DNA of 64,000 nucleotides from Vulcanimicrobiota bacterium (GCA_963695225.1 OY968762.1:128001-192000); one strand, 5' to 3'. Positions 30,623 to 40,621 are shown, counted from the first letter of the stretch. Notes: generated from the letters alone by a model not told the origin. Numbers and translations: made by a program.

Positions 30623-33600
30623 CGCGATTTCGCGCGAAGCTACGAAGGAAGACGAGGCGCGAGCGGCGGCGCCTTCTTCATTTCTCGTCCTCGGCGGGCT
30701 GCTCGCTCTAGCCTTCCTCGTGCGGATCGTCCTGATCGGCGCCGACGGGTTCCGCAACGACGTCTCTTCGTTCGAAGGTTGGACGCTCACGCTCGTCGAG
30801 CACCCGCTTCGCGAGTTCTACAAGTCGACGGGCTTCGCGGATTATCCGCCGGGCTATTTCTTCGTTCTCTGGATCGTCGGGCAATTCTACAAGCTTTTCG
30901 TCCACGCGGATCCGGGGTTCGGCGCGCTCAAGATCGCCGTGAAGCTTCCGGCGATCCTGATGGACCTCGTCGACTCGCTCTTGATCTTCGCGATCGTGCG
31001 GCGCTTCGCGAGCCGGGCGTGGGCCTACGGCGCGGCGGCCTTGTTCGCGCTCAATCCCGCGACGATCTTCATCTCGGCGTACTGGGGCCAAGTCGATTCG
31101 GTTGCCGCCGGCGTCGTCCTCGCGGCGCTGCTGCTCGCAGTCTGGAGCGACGGCGCAAAAGGCCGCGCCGCAACCTTCGGGCTGGCCGGCGCGTGCGTGC
31201 TGCTGGCGTACTCGATCCTGATCAAACCGCCGGCGAGCGTGTTGATCCCGCTCTTCCTGATCCACGCGTTCACCGGCGATCCCGAAGCGAGGCGGCGCCG
31301 CCTCACGGGGACGGCGCTCGGCGCCTTAGCGGGTTTCGCGCTGGCGTATCTCTCCGCGATAGCGTTCCAGCCGGCGCTCGACCCGGTCGGGGCCTTCGGT
31401 TGGCTGATCCAGCGCTATCAATTCGGCAGCGGCGTCTACGCCTACAACTCCGTGAACGCGTTCAATCTCTACACGATCCGCTCGAACTTCTGGGAATCCG
31501 ACGCGGGCTTGTGGCCGGTCGTTACGTTCGGTTTCCCGCAGTGGGCCTGGGGCATCGTGCTCGTGGTCGCGGCGAGCTCCCTCGTATTGTATGCGTACGC
31601 GCGGAAGAAGACGCCGGAAGCCTTCCTGGAAGCGGCTTGCCTGCTCTCGATCGCGTTCTTCGTCCTTTCGACGCGCATGCACGAGCGGTACATCTTCAAC
31701 GGGCTCGTGCTGGCGATGCCGCTGATCGCTTTCGGGCGGCGCTATCGGTATGCGAGCGGGGTGCTGAGCGTCACGCTGTTCCTGAACCTGTTGTATTCGC
31801 TGGAGTACCTGCGCGTGATGGACCAGCACATCACCGGCGTCGACGCTTCGAACATGTGGCCGCTCGCGACGCGGCTCTGTTCCCTGCTCAACGTCGCGAC
31901 GTTCTTTTATCTTGGATACGTCTACACGGGCGCCGGACCCGACGTGCTCGAGCGCTTCGATCCGCGCGCGTGGTTCCGCGGCCGCGCCGAAAGCGGGGCT
32001 CGCGCCTGGTGGCCGCCGCTCGAAGGCACTGTGGCGATGGATTTGCGCGATTGGTCGATCGCGAGCGCGCTCGGCGCCGTTTCGTTCGCGATCAGCTACG
32101 CGTACGTGAAGTGGCCTGCGGAGAAAGTCTTCGACGAGATCTACTACGCGCGCGCGGCGGAAGAGTATCTGCAGGGCAAGGACGTCTTCGAGTGGACGCA
32201 CCCGCCGCTCACGAAGCTGCTCATTACGGCGACGACGTGGCTGCTCGGCGATCAGGCCTACGGCTGGCGCATGGCGAGCGTCATCATGGGCGCGCTCAGC
32301 GTCGTGTTGCTCTACGTCTTCGCAAAGCGATTGCTGGGCTCGACGCTCTTCGCGTCGATCGCGGCCGGAATGCTCGTCTTCGACGGATTCCATCTCGCGC
32401 AATCGCGGATTGCCACGCCCGAGATCACGGTTGCGTTCTTCGCGCTCCTGGTGCTCTACGCGTTCTACCGGTATTGGCTCGCGAGCCAAGTCCGCATCCT
32501 CACGCTCCAGGACGGGCGCGGGCTCGGAGTCGAGTTCGTCGCGTTTCTCGGCGCGAGCGTGCTCGCGGCCGGGCTTGCGTTCGGCGCCGTCGGGGCGATG
32601 CCGGGTTCGGACGCCGCGACGAAGGCGGTCGCGTTCGTCTATTTCGAGCTCGCCGCATACGTGCTGGTGCGCCTGCTGCTGCCGCGCTTGATGGGCAAGC
32701 AGTACACGACCTATCCCGACGGTTCGATCGTCCGCGACGGCGCGATCGAGAGCCCGGCCGGGCCCGTCAAAGGGGAGGCCCGCGTCGCCCTCGGCGAGGC
32801 GGCGTTGACCTACGGCCGCGACCTCTCGCTGACGTACGCAACCCCCGAGGGGACCGTTCGGTACCATCCCGACGGCTCGCTGACGGGCGAACGGGGCCTG
32901 CGCGTGGGGCCGGGCGACGCGACCCTCTGGTTTTGGATTCTCACGCTCGCCGGCGGCGCGCTCGCCGCGTGCAAGTGGAACGGGCTCTTCGACTACTTCG
33001 TCGTGTGGTTCGTCGTCGCGCTCGTCGTCGCGCAGCGGTACGTGCCGCGCCTCTTCGCGGCGCTGGATTGGCCCATCAAAGCGGCGACCGCACGCTGGGG
33101 AAACCCGCGCGGATTCTCGCTCGACCTTACGATCGCGGCGATGCTCTTCGTCGGCGCGACGGTCTACCTGCTCTCGTACGTCCCGTTCTTCTCGATCGGC
33201 AAGACGCTCGGCGATGCGGTGCGGCTGCAGTCGCAGATGTACGGCTACCACCACGACCTCGTCGCGACCCATCCGTATTCGTCGCAATGGTGGCAGTGGC
33301 CGATCCTGCAGATTCCGATCTCGTATTACTACACCGACTTCCGGGTCGGCGCCGATACGACGCGCGAGACCGCGTGCTGCGTTGCCGAGATCCTCGCGCT
33401 GCCGAACCCGCTCACGTGGCTCGCGGGGCTGATCACGGTGCCCGTCGTGGCCTGGCTCGGCTGGCGCGAGCGGCGCAAGGGATACCTCCTGCTGATCGCC
33501 GCGTACTTCATCCAGTGGCTGCCGTGGATCGGTTCGCCGCGCATCGCGTTCGAGTACCATTTCTACCCGAACCTCGCGATCATTCTGCTGTGCGATGCGA

Positions 33601-33815
33601 TCGTGCTCCAGCGCATCTGGAACGCACGGCAGGCTCTCGGCAGGGTTTCCTGGGCTCGCATCGCAGTCGGCGGATACCTCGCAGCCGTCTTCATAGCGTT
33701 TTGGTTCTGGTACCCGGTGACCGCGGGGACGCACATCACCTGGCAAGCCTGGAACGTCCGCATGATAACGCCGCTGACGGGCGCAAACTGGATCAACCCG
33801 CACCCCGGGCATTAA
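30612..33815 (+). CDS. phospholipid-carrier-dependent glycosyltransferase with two GT-C modules (C-terminal PMT/GT39-like)
   Basis: N-module DYPPGY, WGQVDS, MHERY; C-module FDEIYY, HPPLTK, HPYSSQWWQWP; many TM helices. Confidence 0.82.
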   Translation: MLRSAISREATKEDEARAAAPSSFLVLGGLLALAFLVRIVLIGADGFRNDVSSFEGWTLTLVEHPLREFYKSTGFADYPPGYFFVLWIVGQFYKLFVHADPGFGALKIAVKLPAILMDLVDSLLIFAIVRRFASRAWAYGAAALFALNPATIFISAYWGQVDSVAAGVVLAALLLAVWSDGAKGRAATFGLAGACVLLAYSILIKPPASVLIPLFLIHAFTGDPEARRRRLTGTALGALAGFALAYLSAIAFQPALDPVGAFGWLIQRYQFGSGVYAYNSVNAFNLYTIRSNFWESDAGLWPVVTFGFPQWAWGIVLVVAASSLVLYAYARKKTPEAFLEAACLLSIAFFVLSTRMHERYIFNGLVLAMPLIAFGRRYRYASGVLSVTLFLNLLYSLEYLRVMDQHITGVDASNMWPLATRLCSLLNVATFFYLGYVYTGAGPDVLERFDPRAWFRGRAESGARAWWPPLEGTVAMDLRDWSIASALGAVSFAISYAYVKWPAEKVFDEIYYARAAEEYLQGKDVFEWTHPPLTKLLITATTWLLGDQAYGWRMASVIMGALSVVLLYVFAKRLLGSTLFASIAAGMLVFDGFHLAQSRIATPEITVAFFALLVLYAFYRYWLASQVRILTLQDGRGLGVEFVAFLGASVLAAGLAFGAVGAMPGSDAATKAVAFVYFELAAYVLVRLLLPRLMGKQYTTYPDGSIVRDGAIESPAGPVKGEARVALGEAALTYGRDLSLTYATPEGTVRYHPDGSLTGERGLRVGPGDATLWFWILTLAGGALAACKWNGLFDYFVVWFVVALVVAQRYVPRLFAALDWPIKAATARWGNPRGFSLDLTIAAMLFVGATVYLLSYVPFFSIGKTLGDAVRLQSQMYGYHHDLVATHPYSSQWWQWPILQIPISYYYTDFRVGADTTRETACCVAEILALPNPLTWLAGLITVPVVAWLGWRERRKGYLLLIAAYFIQWLPWIGSPRIAFEYHFYPNLAIILLCDAIVLQRIWNARQALGRVSWARIAVGGYLAAVFIAFWFWYPVTAGTHITWQAWNVRMITPLTGANWINPHPGH

Positions 33816-33821
33816 CGGACC

Positions 33822-34565
33822 ATGTCAGGACATTCAAAGTGGCACAATATCCGCTTGCGCAAAGGCAAAGTCGATGCGCAGCGCGGCGCTTTGTTCACGA
33901 AGCTCAGTAAAGAAATCATCCTCTGCGCGAAGGCCGGCTCGCCCGACCCGGAAGCGAATTACCGCTTGAAGATGGCGGTCGACAAGGCGCGCGCGAACAA
34001 CATGCCGCAGGACAACATCAAGCGCGCGATCGCGCGCGGAGCGGGCGGCGACGCGGGGCGGGAGATAGAAGAGATCCGCTACGAGGGCTACGGCCCCGCC
34101 GGCATTGCGGTCGTCGCCGACGCGGCGACCGACAATCGCAATCGGACCGCGGCGGAACTCCGCTTCCTCTTCAGCCGGCACGGCGGGACGCTCGGAGAGA
34201 CGGGGAGCGTCGCGTGGATGTTCGAACCGCGCGGCTTGATCGAGATCGGGACCGGCGGGCGCAGCGAAGACGAATTGACGGAACTCGCCCTCATCGACGG
34301 CGTCGTCGACTTGCGCTACGGCGAACCGAGCGAGATCGTCACGGAGCCGGCGGCGCTCGCCGCCGTGCGCGAAGGGCTTGTAAAGGCGGGCGTCGAGGTT
34401 ACGTCGATGGTTCTCGGGGTCGTCGCCAAGACGCTCGTGACGCCGGGCGAAGCCGACCTCGCGGCCGTCCTCGCTTTCCTGGACGCGCTCGAGGAGCACG
34501 AAGACGTTCAACGCGTCTTTTCGAACCTCGAGGTCAGCGACGCGCAACTCGAGGCTCTCGCCTGA
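33822..34565 (+). CDS. yebC: YebC/PmpR family protein
   Basis: MSGHSKWHNI, YEGYGP, TDNRNRT. Confidence 0.96.
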   Translation: MSGHSKWHNIRLRKGKVDAQRGALFTKLSKEIILCAKAGSPDPEANYRLKMAVDKARANNMPQDNIKRAIARGAGGDAGREIEEIRYEGYGPAGIAVVADAATDNRNRTAAELRFLFSRHGGTLGETGSVAWMFEPRGLIEIGTGGRSEDELTELALIDGVVDLRYGEPSEIVTEPAALAAVREGLVKAGVEVTSMVLGVVAKTLVTPGEADLAAVLAFLDALEEHEDVQRVFSNLEVSDAQLEALA

Positions 34566-35668
34566 ACACGGGGCCCGCGAAAACCCGAAGCGTCCGGCCG
34601 CAGGGAGCGAATCCGTTCGCGTGGCTCTTCCGGCAGGATTGGCTCCTGGCCGTTGCGCTCGCGTTCTTCGTCGGCGTCTTGGTCTGGTTCGGCCGCTCGA
34701 TCAAAGATTTTCTCGCGCCGACCGGCGCGGCGATCCTGTCGCCTTCGCTCGTCGGGCAAACCGTCGCCGACGCCGTCGTGGAGGCCGAGCGCGCGCACCT
34801 TCACGCGGTCGTCGTCGAACGCTCCCCGAGCGATAGCTTTCCGAAGGACGTCGTGATGCGGCAGGAACCGAAGGCCGGCACGCGCGTCCGCGAGGGGCGC
34901 CAAGTCTCGCTCGTCGTCTCGACGGGCGTGCAAATCTTTCCGATGCCGGATTTCCGGTACGAGACGCTGCGCGAGATCAGCCTCGATCTTTCGCACCACC
35001 GCCTGCAATTGGGCAAGGTCCGCACCGTGCCGAGCGACGACGTTCCCGCGAACCACATCGTCGCGCAGGATCCCCCGCCGCTCTCGAGCGCACGCGTCGG
35101 GACGGTCGTGAACTTCGACGTTTCGGCGGGGATCGCGAGCACCGGGCGCGTCCCGAACTTCGTCGGGATGTCGATCGACGATGCCCGCGACGCGGCGACG
35201 CGGAGCCGGATCAAGCTCGGGCAGGTCGTCTGGACGCCGTTCGGCAGAGACGGCCAGGCGCGCGGCACGGTCGTGCGGCAATCTCCGAGCGCAGGCGCGC
35301 GCGCGGACAATCTTTCCCGCGTCTCCCTGCAGGTCAGCGCGGGGCCGCGCGAATCCGGGTATGTCGTCCGGCAGGTCCATGCGACGGCAGCGGTGCCCCC
35401 GGGCGACCGCCCCGTGAGGGTTCGCATCGAAGTGCGCGATGAGACGGGGACGTGGAACGTCTACGACGCCTACGCACAGCCGCGGCAGAAGCTGGACTTC
35501 AACGTGACCGCGATCGGGACGTCGGAATTGGACATGTACGTCGACAACGAGCTGCTCAGCTCGACGAAACTCGGCCGGGAACCCGCGCTCCAGGAGAATC
35601 AGCAAGTGGGCCCGCGCCCGAAGGCGAAAGCGGCTTCGAACGGCGCAACGACGGAGGCACCTCAGTGA
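34562..35668 (+). CDS. membrane-anchored protein with three PASTA domains, no kinase domain
   Basis: One TM helix, then repeats P.LVG...V.RQ.P.AG...V.L.VS.G; probable CTG start. Confidence 0.82.
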   Translation: MNTGPAKTRSVRPQGANPFAWLFRQDWLLAVALAFFVGVLVWFGRSIKDFLAPTGAAILSPSLVGQTVADAVVEAERAHLHAVVVERSPSDSFPKDVVMRQEPKAGTRVREGRQVSLVVSTGVQIFPMPDFRYETLREISLDLSHHRLQLGKVRTVPSDDVPANHIVAQDPPPLSSARVGTVVNFDVSAGIASTGRVPNFVGMSIDDARDAATRSRIKLGQVVWTPFGRDGQARGTVVRQSPSAGARADNLSRVSLQVSAGPRESGYVVRQVHATAAVPPGDRPVRVRIEVRDETGTWNVYDAYAQPRQKLDFNVTAIGTSELDMYVDNELLSSTKLGREPALQENQQVGPRPKAKAASNGATTEAPQ

Positions 35669-36333
35669 TCAAGATCGCCCCCTCGCTCCTCTCGGCGGAT
35701 TTCAGCCGCATTGCCGAACAGATCGCGCTCGTCGAGTCCGCCGGCGCCGACTACCTGCACATCGACGTGATGGACGGGCGGTTCGTGCCGAACCTGACGT
35801 GGGGGCCGAAGATCGTCGGAGATTTGCGCAAGCTCTCGCCGCTCCCGTTCGACGCGCACTTGATGATCGTCGAGCCGGAGCGCTTGGTCGACGACTTCCG
35901 CAAAGCCGGTTGCGACATCATCACGGTCCACCTCGAGGCGACGATCCACGTGCAGCGCCTGCTGACGTATATCCGCTCGATCGGGGCGAAGGCGGGGATC
36001 TCGCTGAACCCCTCGACGCCGGTCGCGCTCTTGGAGGACGTGATCGAAGATTGCGATCTCGTGCTGATCATGAGCGTGAACCCCGGTTTCGGCGGGCAGG
36101 CGTTCGTCCCGCGTGCGCTGCACAAAATCGCCCAGGCCCGCGCGCTGATCGACGAGCGCAACCCGGCCTGCGAGCTGGAAGTGGATGGAGGCGTCGGCCG
36201 TGCGAACATCGCCGCCGTTACGGAAGCGGGAGCCGACGTGATCGTCATGGGCTCGAGCATCTACGGGGCGAAGGATCCGGCGGCGGAACTGCGCGCGTTG
36301 CGCGAATTGAGCCTGCCGGCGGGCGCGCGCTGA
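35665..36333 (+). CDS. rpe: ribulose-phosphate 3-epimerase
   Basis: IAPSLLSADF, HIDVMDG, MSVNPGFGGQ, EVDGG. Confidence 0.97.
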   Translation: MIKIAPSLLSADFSRIAEQIALVESAGADYLHIDVMDGRFVPNLTWGPKIVGDLRKLSPLPFDAHLMIVEPERLVDDFRKAGCDIITVHLEATIHVQRLLTYIRSIGAKAGISLNPSTPVALLEDVIEDCDLVLIMSVNPGFGGQAFVPRALHKIAQARALIDERNPACELEVDGGVGRANIAAVTEAGADVIVMGSSIYGAKDPAAELRALRELSLPAGAR

Positions 36334-37355
36334 ACGCACCACCGCCTTCGGAGGAGGCGCTCGTCGCCGCGATCCGCCGGATCGTCGAGAGCGCCGGCGG
36401 CGCGCCCGCATCGCGCTCGCTCGTGCTCGGCATCGGGGACGACGCCGCCGCTTGGCAGCCCTCGCGCTCGCACGTCTCCGTGATCACGACGGACGCGCTC
36501 GTCGATCGCGTCCACTTCGATTCGGCGCGGATGACGGCGCGCGAGATCGGTCACCGCGCGATGGCGGCGAACCTAAGCGACGTAGCGGCGATGGGGGCGC
36601 GTCCCATTCTCGTCACCGTCGCGCTCGCGCTCGCCGGTGAGTCGGAGGCGTGGGTCGAGGAGTTGTACGGCGGGATGCAGGCGCTCGCCGCACGGCACGG
36701 GACGCGCATCGCCGGCGGCGACCTCGTGCGAGCGCCGATGCTCGCGCTCTCGCTGACGGTCGTCGGCGAGGTCGCGCGGACGCGCCTGCGGCGCCGCGAC
36801 GGCGGCCGGGCCGGCGACGTGCTCGCCGTAACCGGCCCGCTCGGCGCAAGCCGCGCCGGCCTCGAACTCGAAAGCCGGGAGCTCACCCTCTCGGAAGCGA
36901 CGCTCGAAACCGCACGCCGTTCCTTCCGCACGCCCGAACCGCGCGTCGCCGAAGGCCGATGGCTCGCGGCCTCGCGCTATGTCCACGCGATGATGGATTG
37001 CTCCGACGGCCTCTCGACGGATCTCGCCCGGATGGCCGCCGCCTCCGGACTCGGCGCGGTCGTCGAAACGATCCCGGTGGCGGCGTGCGCCGAGGCGATC
37101 GCCGGCGCCTGCGGCGCAGACCCGCGCGCCTGGGCCCTCCACGGCGGGGAAGATTTCGAACTGATCGTGGCGGTCGCGCCGCGCGCGTTCCCCCACCTCG
37201 CCGCCCGCTACCGCTCGCATTTCGGCCGGGAATTGCTCCCGTTCGGAAAGCTCGTCGCCGGAGAGGGCGTTCGTGCCGCCGCGGGCGAGACGATCGCAGC
37301 GGCCGGCTACGACCACTTCCGGGAGCCCGCGGGGACGAAAACACGCCGAGCCTGA
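36330..37355 (+). CDS. thiL: thiamine-monophosphate kinase
   Basis: GIGDDAA, NLSDVAAMG, DCSDGL, GGEDFEL, GYDHF; probable CTG start. Confidence 0.92.
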   Translation: MNAPPPSEEALVAAIRRIVESAGGAPASRSLVLGIGDDAAAWQPSRSHVSVITTDALVDRVHFDSARMTAREIGHRAMAANLSDVAAMGARPILVTVALALAGESEAWVEELYGGMQALAARHGTRIAGGDLVRAPMLALSLTVVGEVARTRLRRRDGGRAGDVLAVTGPLGASRAGLELESRELTLSEATLETARRSFRTPEPRVAEGRWLAASRYVHAMMDCSDGLSTDLARMAAASGLGAVVETIPVAACAEAIAGACGADPRAWALHGGEDFELIVAVAPRAFPHLAARYRSHFGRELLPFGKLVAGEGVRAAAGETIAAAGYDHFREPAGTKTRRA

Positions 37356-37399
37356 AATCAGGCTCGGCGTTCGATCTACCGCTGGGGGGACCGGGAGAG

Positions 37400-37591
37400 C
37401 TAGCCCGCCCGCTTGACCCGCTTAGAGCGCAGGCACTGCGTGCAGACGCGCGCGGTCTTATGGGTTCCGCGGTCGTCGATGCGCACCGGCTGCAGATTCG
37501 GCAGCCAGCGGCGCTTGGTCTTATTCATCGCGTGGCTGACGTTGTTGCCGGCCATCGGTCCCTTGCCGCACACGTCGCAGCGCTTCGCCAT
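37400..37591 (-). CDS. rpmB: 50S ribosomal protein L28 (Cys/zinc form)
   Basis: [34 protein letters not shown]. Confidence 0.97.
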   Translation of the reverse strand: MAKRCDVCGKGPMAGNNVSHAMNKTKRRWLPNLQPVRIDDRGTHKTARVCTQCLRSKRVKRAG

Positions 37592-37721
37592 GGTCGAGAC
37601 ACCCTTTCCTCTACAAGAACCTCAAGACTTTACCACGACGGAGCCCCCCGCGCAACTTGAGGGGCCCCACGTAGGCACCCCAAATAAAGATGGACACTCG
37701 GGTCGAGCGCCTGCCGTCCGG

Positions 37722-37880
37722 CAGCGTCGAGGGGGAGCCGGGGGACCTTCGCGGGGCGCCTGCACCAGCGGAGCCACGGATGGCGGAGCGCCAGTGCAGT
37801 GTCGAGTGGCTGTTTTTCCAGGATGGAAAAACAGCCACGTCCCCGCGAAGGTCCCCCGGCTCCCCCTCGACGCGGGCCCA
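37722..37880 (+). repeat. structured palindromic element, copy 2
   Basis: Perfect 33-bp inverted repeat 37724-37756/37841-37873 and perfect 14-bp hairpin 37806-37838; homologous to 24084-24243. Confidence 0.85.
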
Positions 37881-37962
37881 TCGCCTCAACCGCGCGCTCC
37901 GGGCGACGCTGGTTTTGTCCATATGAGATAACGAGCGCCGAAAGACTCGGCCCAGCGGAGGT

Positions 37963-39603
37963 ATGGAAGGGGGGTTTCCCGAGGGTTCCCTCGCAATTAC
38001 CACGGCTGTGGATGTGACTGCCCTGGATGGGCGGGGGTTCGGCCGGTTCGTCGTCGCCGGGACGTACTTTCTTCGAAAGTATCGCGGCGTGCTAAACGAC
38101 CTGAACGTCTTTCCCGTGCCCGACGGCGATACCGGATCGAACATGTACCTCACGTTGCGCTCGGCGCTGACGGAGGTTTCTCGGACGCGGAGCAACGATC
38201 TCGCGGAGGTCGCGGCGGCGGCTGCGCACGGGAGCCTGCTCGGCGCGCGCGGGAACTCGGGGGTCATTCTTTCGCAGATGTTGCGCGGCTTCGCCCACAA
38301 CGTGCGGCATCGCGCTTCGATCGATACGCTCGACCTCGCGATCGCGATGAAAGAAGCCGTCAGTTCGGCGCGGGCCGCGCTGATGAAGCCGGTCGAGGGA
38401 ACGATCATCACCGTCGCGACCGTCGCCGCTGAGTCCGCGTATACGCTCGCGCAACGCGAGACGGATTTCTACCGGCTTGCGAACGGCGTCGTCCGCGCGG
38501 CCGCCGACGCGCTGGAACGGACGCCGGAGCAACTTCCGGTGCTCAAGGAAGCCGGCGTCGTCGATTCGGGGGGCGCCGGCTTCGTGTACTTGCTCGAGGG
38601 CATCCTGCGCTTCTTGCCCGATTCGAGGAGTCGCGCCACGGCGTTCCCGCGCCGCCCTTCGCGCCAAAAAGTGTTCACGTCGAATCAGATCGTCGCCGGC
38701 AACAAGTTCTGCACGGAGTTCGTGCTCGAGGACGCGACGATCGAACAGCATCCGCTGCGCGATATGCTCGCCGAGCGCGGAGATTCGCTGCTCGTCGTCG
38801 GGTCGAAGCCGACGTTGAAGGTTCACATCCACACGAGCGATCCGTCGGGCGTGAAGGCGCTCGCGGCCGCCTACGGGCGTCTCACGCGCGAAAAAGTCGA
38901 GGACATGGAGCGCCAGCACAACGTGCTGCTCGTCGGCGTGCCGGCGAAGCCGTTCTCCGTCGTCGCCGTCGTCTCGGGCCAAGGCTTTGCCGATATCGCG
39001 CGCGAGCTCGGCGCCGAGGTGGCGATCGTCGCGAAGGAAGCGAATCCGAGCGTGCGCGAGCTCGTCGTCGGCGTCAACTCGAGTCTGGCGCGGCGCGTGT
39101 ATTTGCTGGCGAACGATCCGAACGTCGCGTTCGCCGCGAACGAAGCGGCGACGCTGTGCGACCGAGACGTCGTCGTCGTTCCGACGCGCGACGTTCCGAG
39201 CGGGCTCGCGGCGCAGCTCGAGATCTCGAACGCCGATGGGGATCGGCTTCCCGCTCTCGAAGCGCTGACGGCGGCGGCCGCGCGCGTCGGTGTCGCGCAG
39301 GCGTTCTACGCGGGGAAGGATTCGACGTTCGGCGGCGTCATGCTCAAACGCGGCGCGCCGGCAGTGACGATCGACGGCCGGCTGCTCGGCGCGCCGACGC
39401 TCGATGCCGTCGTCGAACTGGCCGTGCGCGAACTCTCGCGCGGCGCCGCCGGACTCGCGACGCTGTATTACGGCGAGTCGCAGAAGGAGCGCGACGTCCG
39501 CGCGCTCGTGGCGAAGCTGTCGGAAACGTTCGCCGACGTCGATATCGAGTATTATTACGGCGGGCAGCGTTCCAGCGAGTACGTGATCGCGTTTGAGCGC
39601 TGA
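37963..39603 (+). CDS. fakA: DAK2 domain protein / fatty acid kinase catalytic subunit
   Basis: LNVFPVPDGDTGSNM, GARGNSGVILSQ, VVDSGG, KVHIH, YGGQ. The true start may be GTG 38008 or 38014. Confidence 0.9.
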   Translation: MEGGFPEGSLAITTAVDVTALDGRGFGRFVVAGTYFLRKYRGVLNDLNVFPVPDGDTGSNMYLTLRSALTEVSRTRSNDLAEVAAAAAHGSLLGARGNSGVILSQMLRGFAHNVRHRASIDTLDLAIAMKEAVSSARAALMKPVEGTIITVATVAAESAYTLAQRETDFYRLANGVVRAAADALERTPEQLPVLKEAGVVDSGGAGFVYLLEGILRFLPDSRSRATAFPRRPSRQKVFTSNQIVAGNKFCTEFVLEDATIEQHPLRDMLAERGDSLLVVGSKPTLKVHIHTSDPSGVKALAAAYGRLTREKVEDMERQHNVLLVGVPAKPFSVVAVVSGQGFADIARELGAEVAIVAKEANPSVRELVVGVNSSLARRVYLLANDPNVAFAANEAATLCDRDVVVVPTRDVPSGLAAQLEISNADGDRLPALEALTAAAARVGVAQAFYAGKDSTFGGVMLKRGAPAVTIDGRLLGAPTLDAVVELAVRELSRGAAGLATLYYGESQKERDVRALVAKLSETFADVDIEYYYGGQRSSEYVIAFER

Positions 39604-40621
39604 CGTTCGGCGTCCTCGCATCGCCGTCGACGCGATGGGCGGGGACCACGCACCGGAGGAGATCGTCCACGGGACGCTCTTGGCGGCCCGGTCCGGCGAG
39701 ATCGAGACGCTGCTCGTCGGCGACGAGCGGCGTTTGCGCCCGCTCGTCGCCGACGGGAGCAACGTTACGATCGTGCACGCTCCGAACGCGGTCGCGATGG
39801 ACGCGAGCCCTTCGCAGGCTTTGCGCGGCGCGGACGAAACGAGCCTCGGCGCGGCCGTGAACCTCGTCCGCGACGGTGCCGCCGACGCCGTCGTCTCCGC
39901 CGGGAACAGCGGGGCGTTCCTGGCGATCGCGCTGATTCGTTTGCGCACGATCTCCGGGATCGCGCGGCCCGCAATCGCTGCCGTCCTCCCCGCCAAGGGC
40001 GGCCCCGTCGTGATCCTGGACGCCGGGGCGAACGTGGATTGCCGCCCCGAATGGCTCGTGCAGTTCGGCGTGATGGGGAGCGCATACGCGCACGGCGTGC
40101 TCGGGATTGCGGTGCCCAAGGTCGGCATCGTCTCCGTCGGCGAGGAGCGCGTCAAAGGGAACGCCCAGACGATCGAGGCCGCCTCCGGGCTCGACCGCGC
40201 GCCGATCGAGTTCGTCGGGAACGTCGAGGGGAAGGACGTTTTCGCGCGCGTCGCCGACGTGTTCGTGACCGACGGCTTCGTCGGGAACGTGATGTTGAAA
40301 CTGAGCGAGGGGCTCGCGACCTTCGTCGGCGAGGTGCTCGCGGACGAGTTGAGCTCGGGCTCCGCGCTCTCGAAGGCCGGCGCCCTCCTTGCGAAGCCGG
40401 CGCTGCGCCGCGTCCGGCAGAAATTGAATTACGATAACTACGGAGGGGCGCCGCTCCTGGGCCTGCGCGGGAACTGCATCGTGGCGCACGGCCGGGCGAA
40501 TCGTCACGCGATGCGAAGCGCGATCTTCGCCGCGGCCTCGGCGGTGCGCGAGGATGTCGTCGGGCACATCGAGCAACTGGTCTCCCGCATCGATCTCAAA
40601 GATCTCAAAGCCGCACCCTGA
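39593..40621 (+). CDS. plsX: phosphate acyltransferase PlsX
   Basis: IAVDAMGGDHAP, SAGNSGA, DAGAN, DGFVGN, GGAPLLG. Confidence 0.96.
   Translation: MSADVRRPRIAVDAMGGDHAPEEIVHGTLLAARSGEIETLLVGDERRLRPLVADGSNVTIVHAPNAVAMDASPSQALRGADETSLGAAVNLVRDGAADAVVSAGNSGAFLAIALIRLRTISGIARPAIAAVLPAKGGPVVILDAGANVDCRPEWLVQFGVMGSAYAHGVLGIAVPKVGIVSVGEERVKGNAQTIEAASGLDRAPIEFVGNVEGKDVFARVADVFVTDGFVGNVMLKLSEGLATFVGEVLADELSSGSALSKAGALLAKPALRRVRQKLNYDNYGGAPLLGLRGNCIVAHGRANRHAMRSAIFAAASAVREDVVGHIEQLVSRIDLKDLKAAP

Noticed and set aside
37690..37922. 6S RNA or SRP RNA identity for the long hairpin
   Set aside because: No SRP GGAA-loop domain IV motif, no 6S-type central bubble, and a second homologous copy exists at 24.1 kb.
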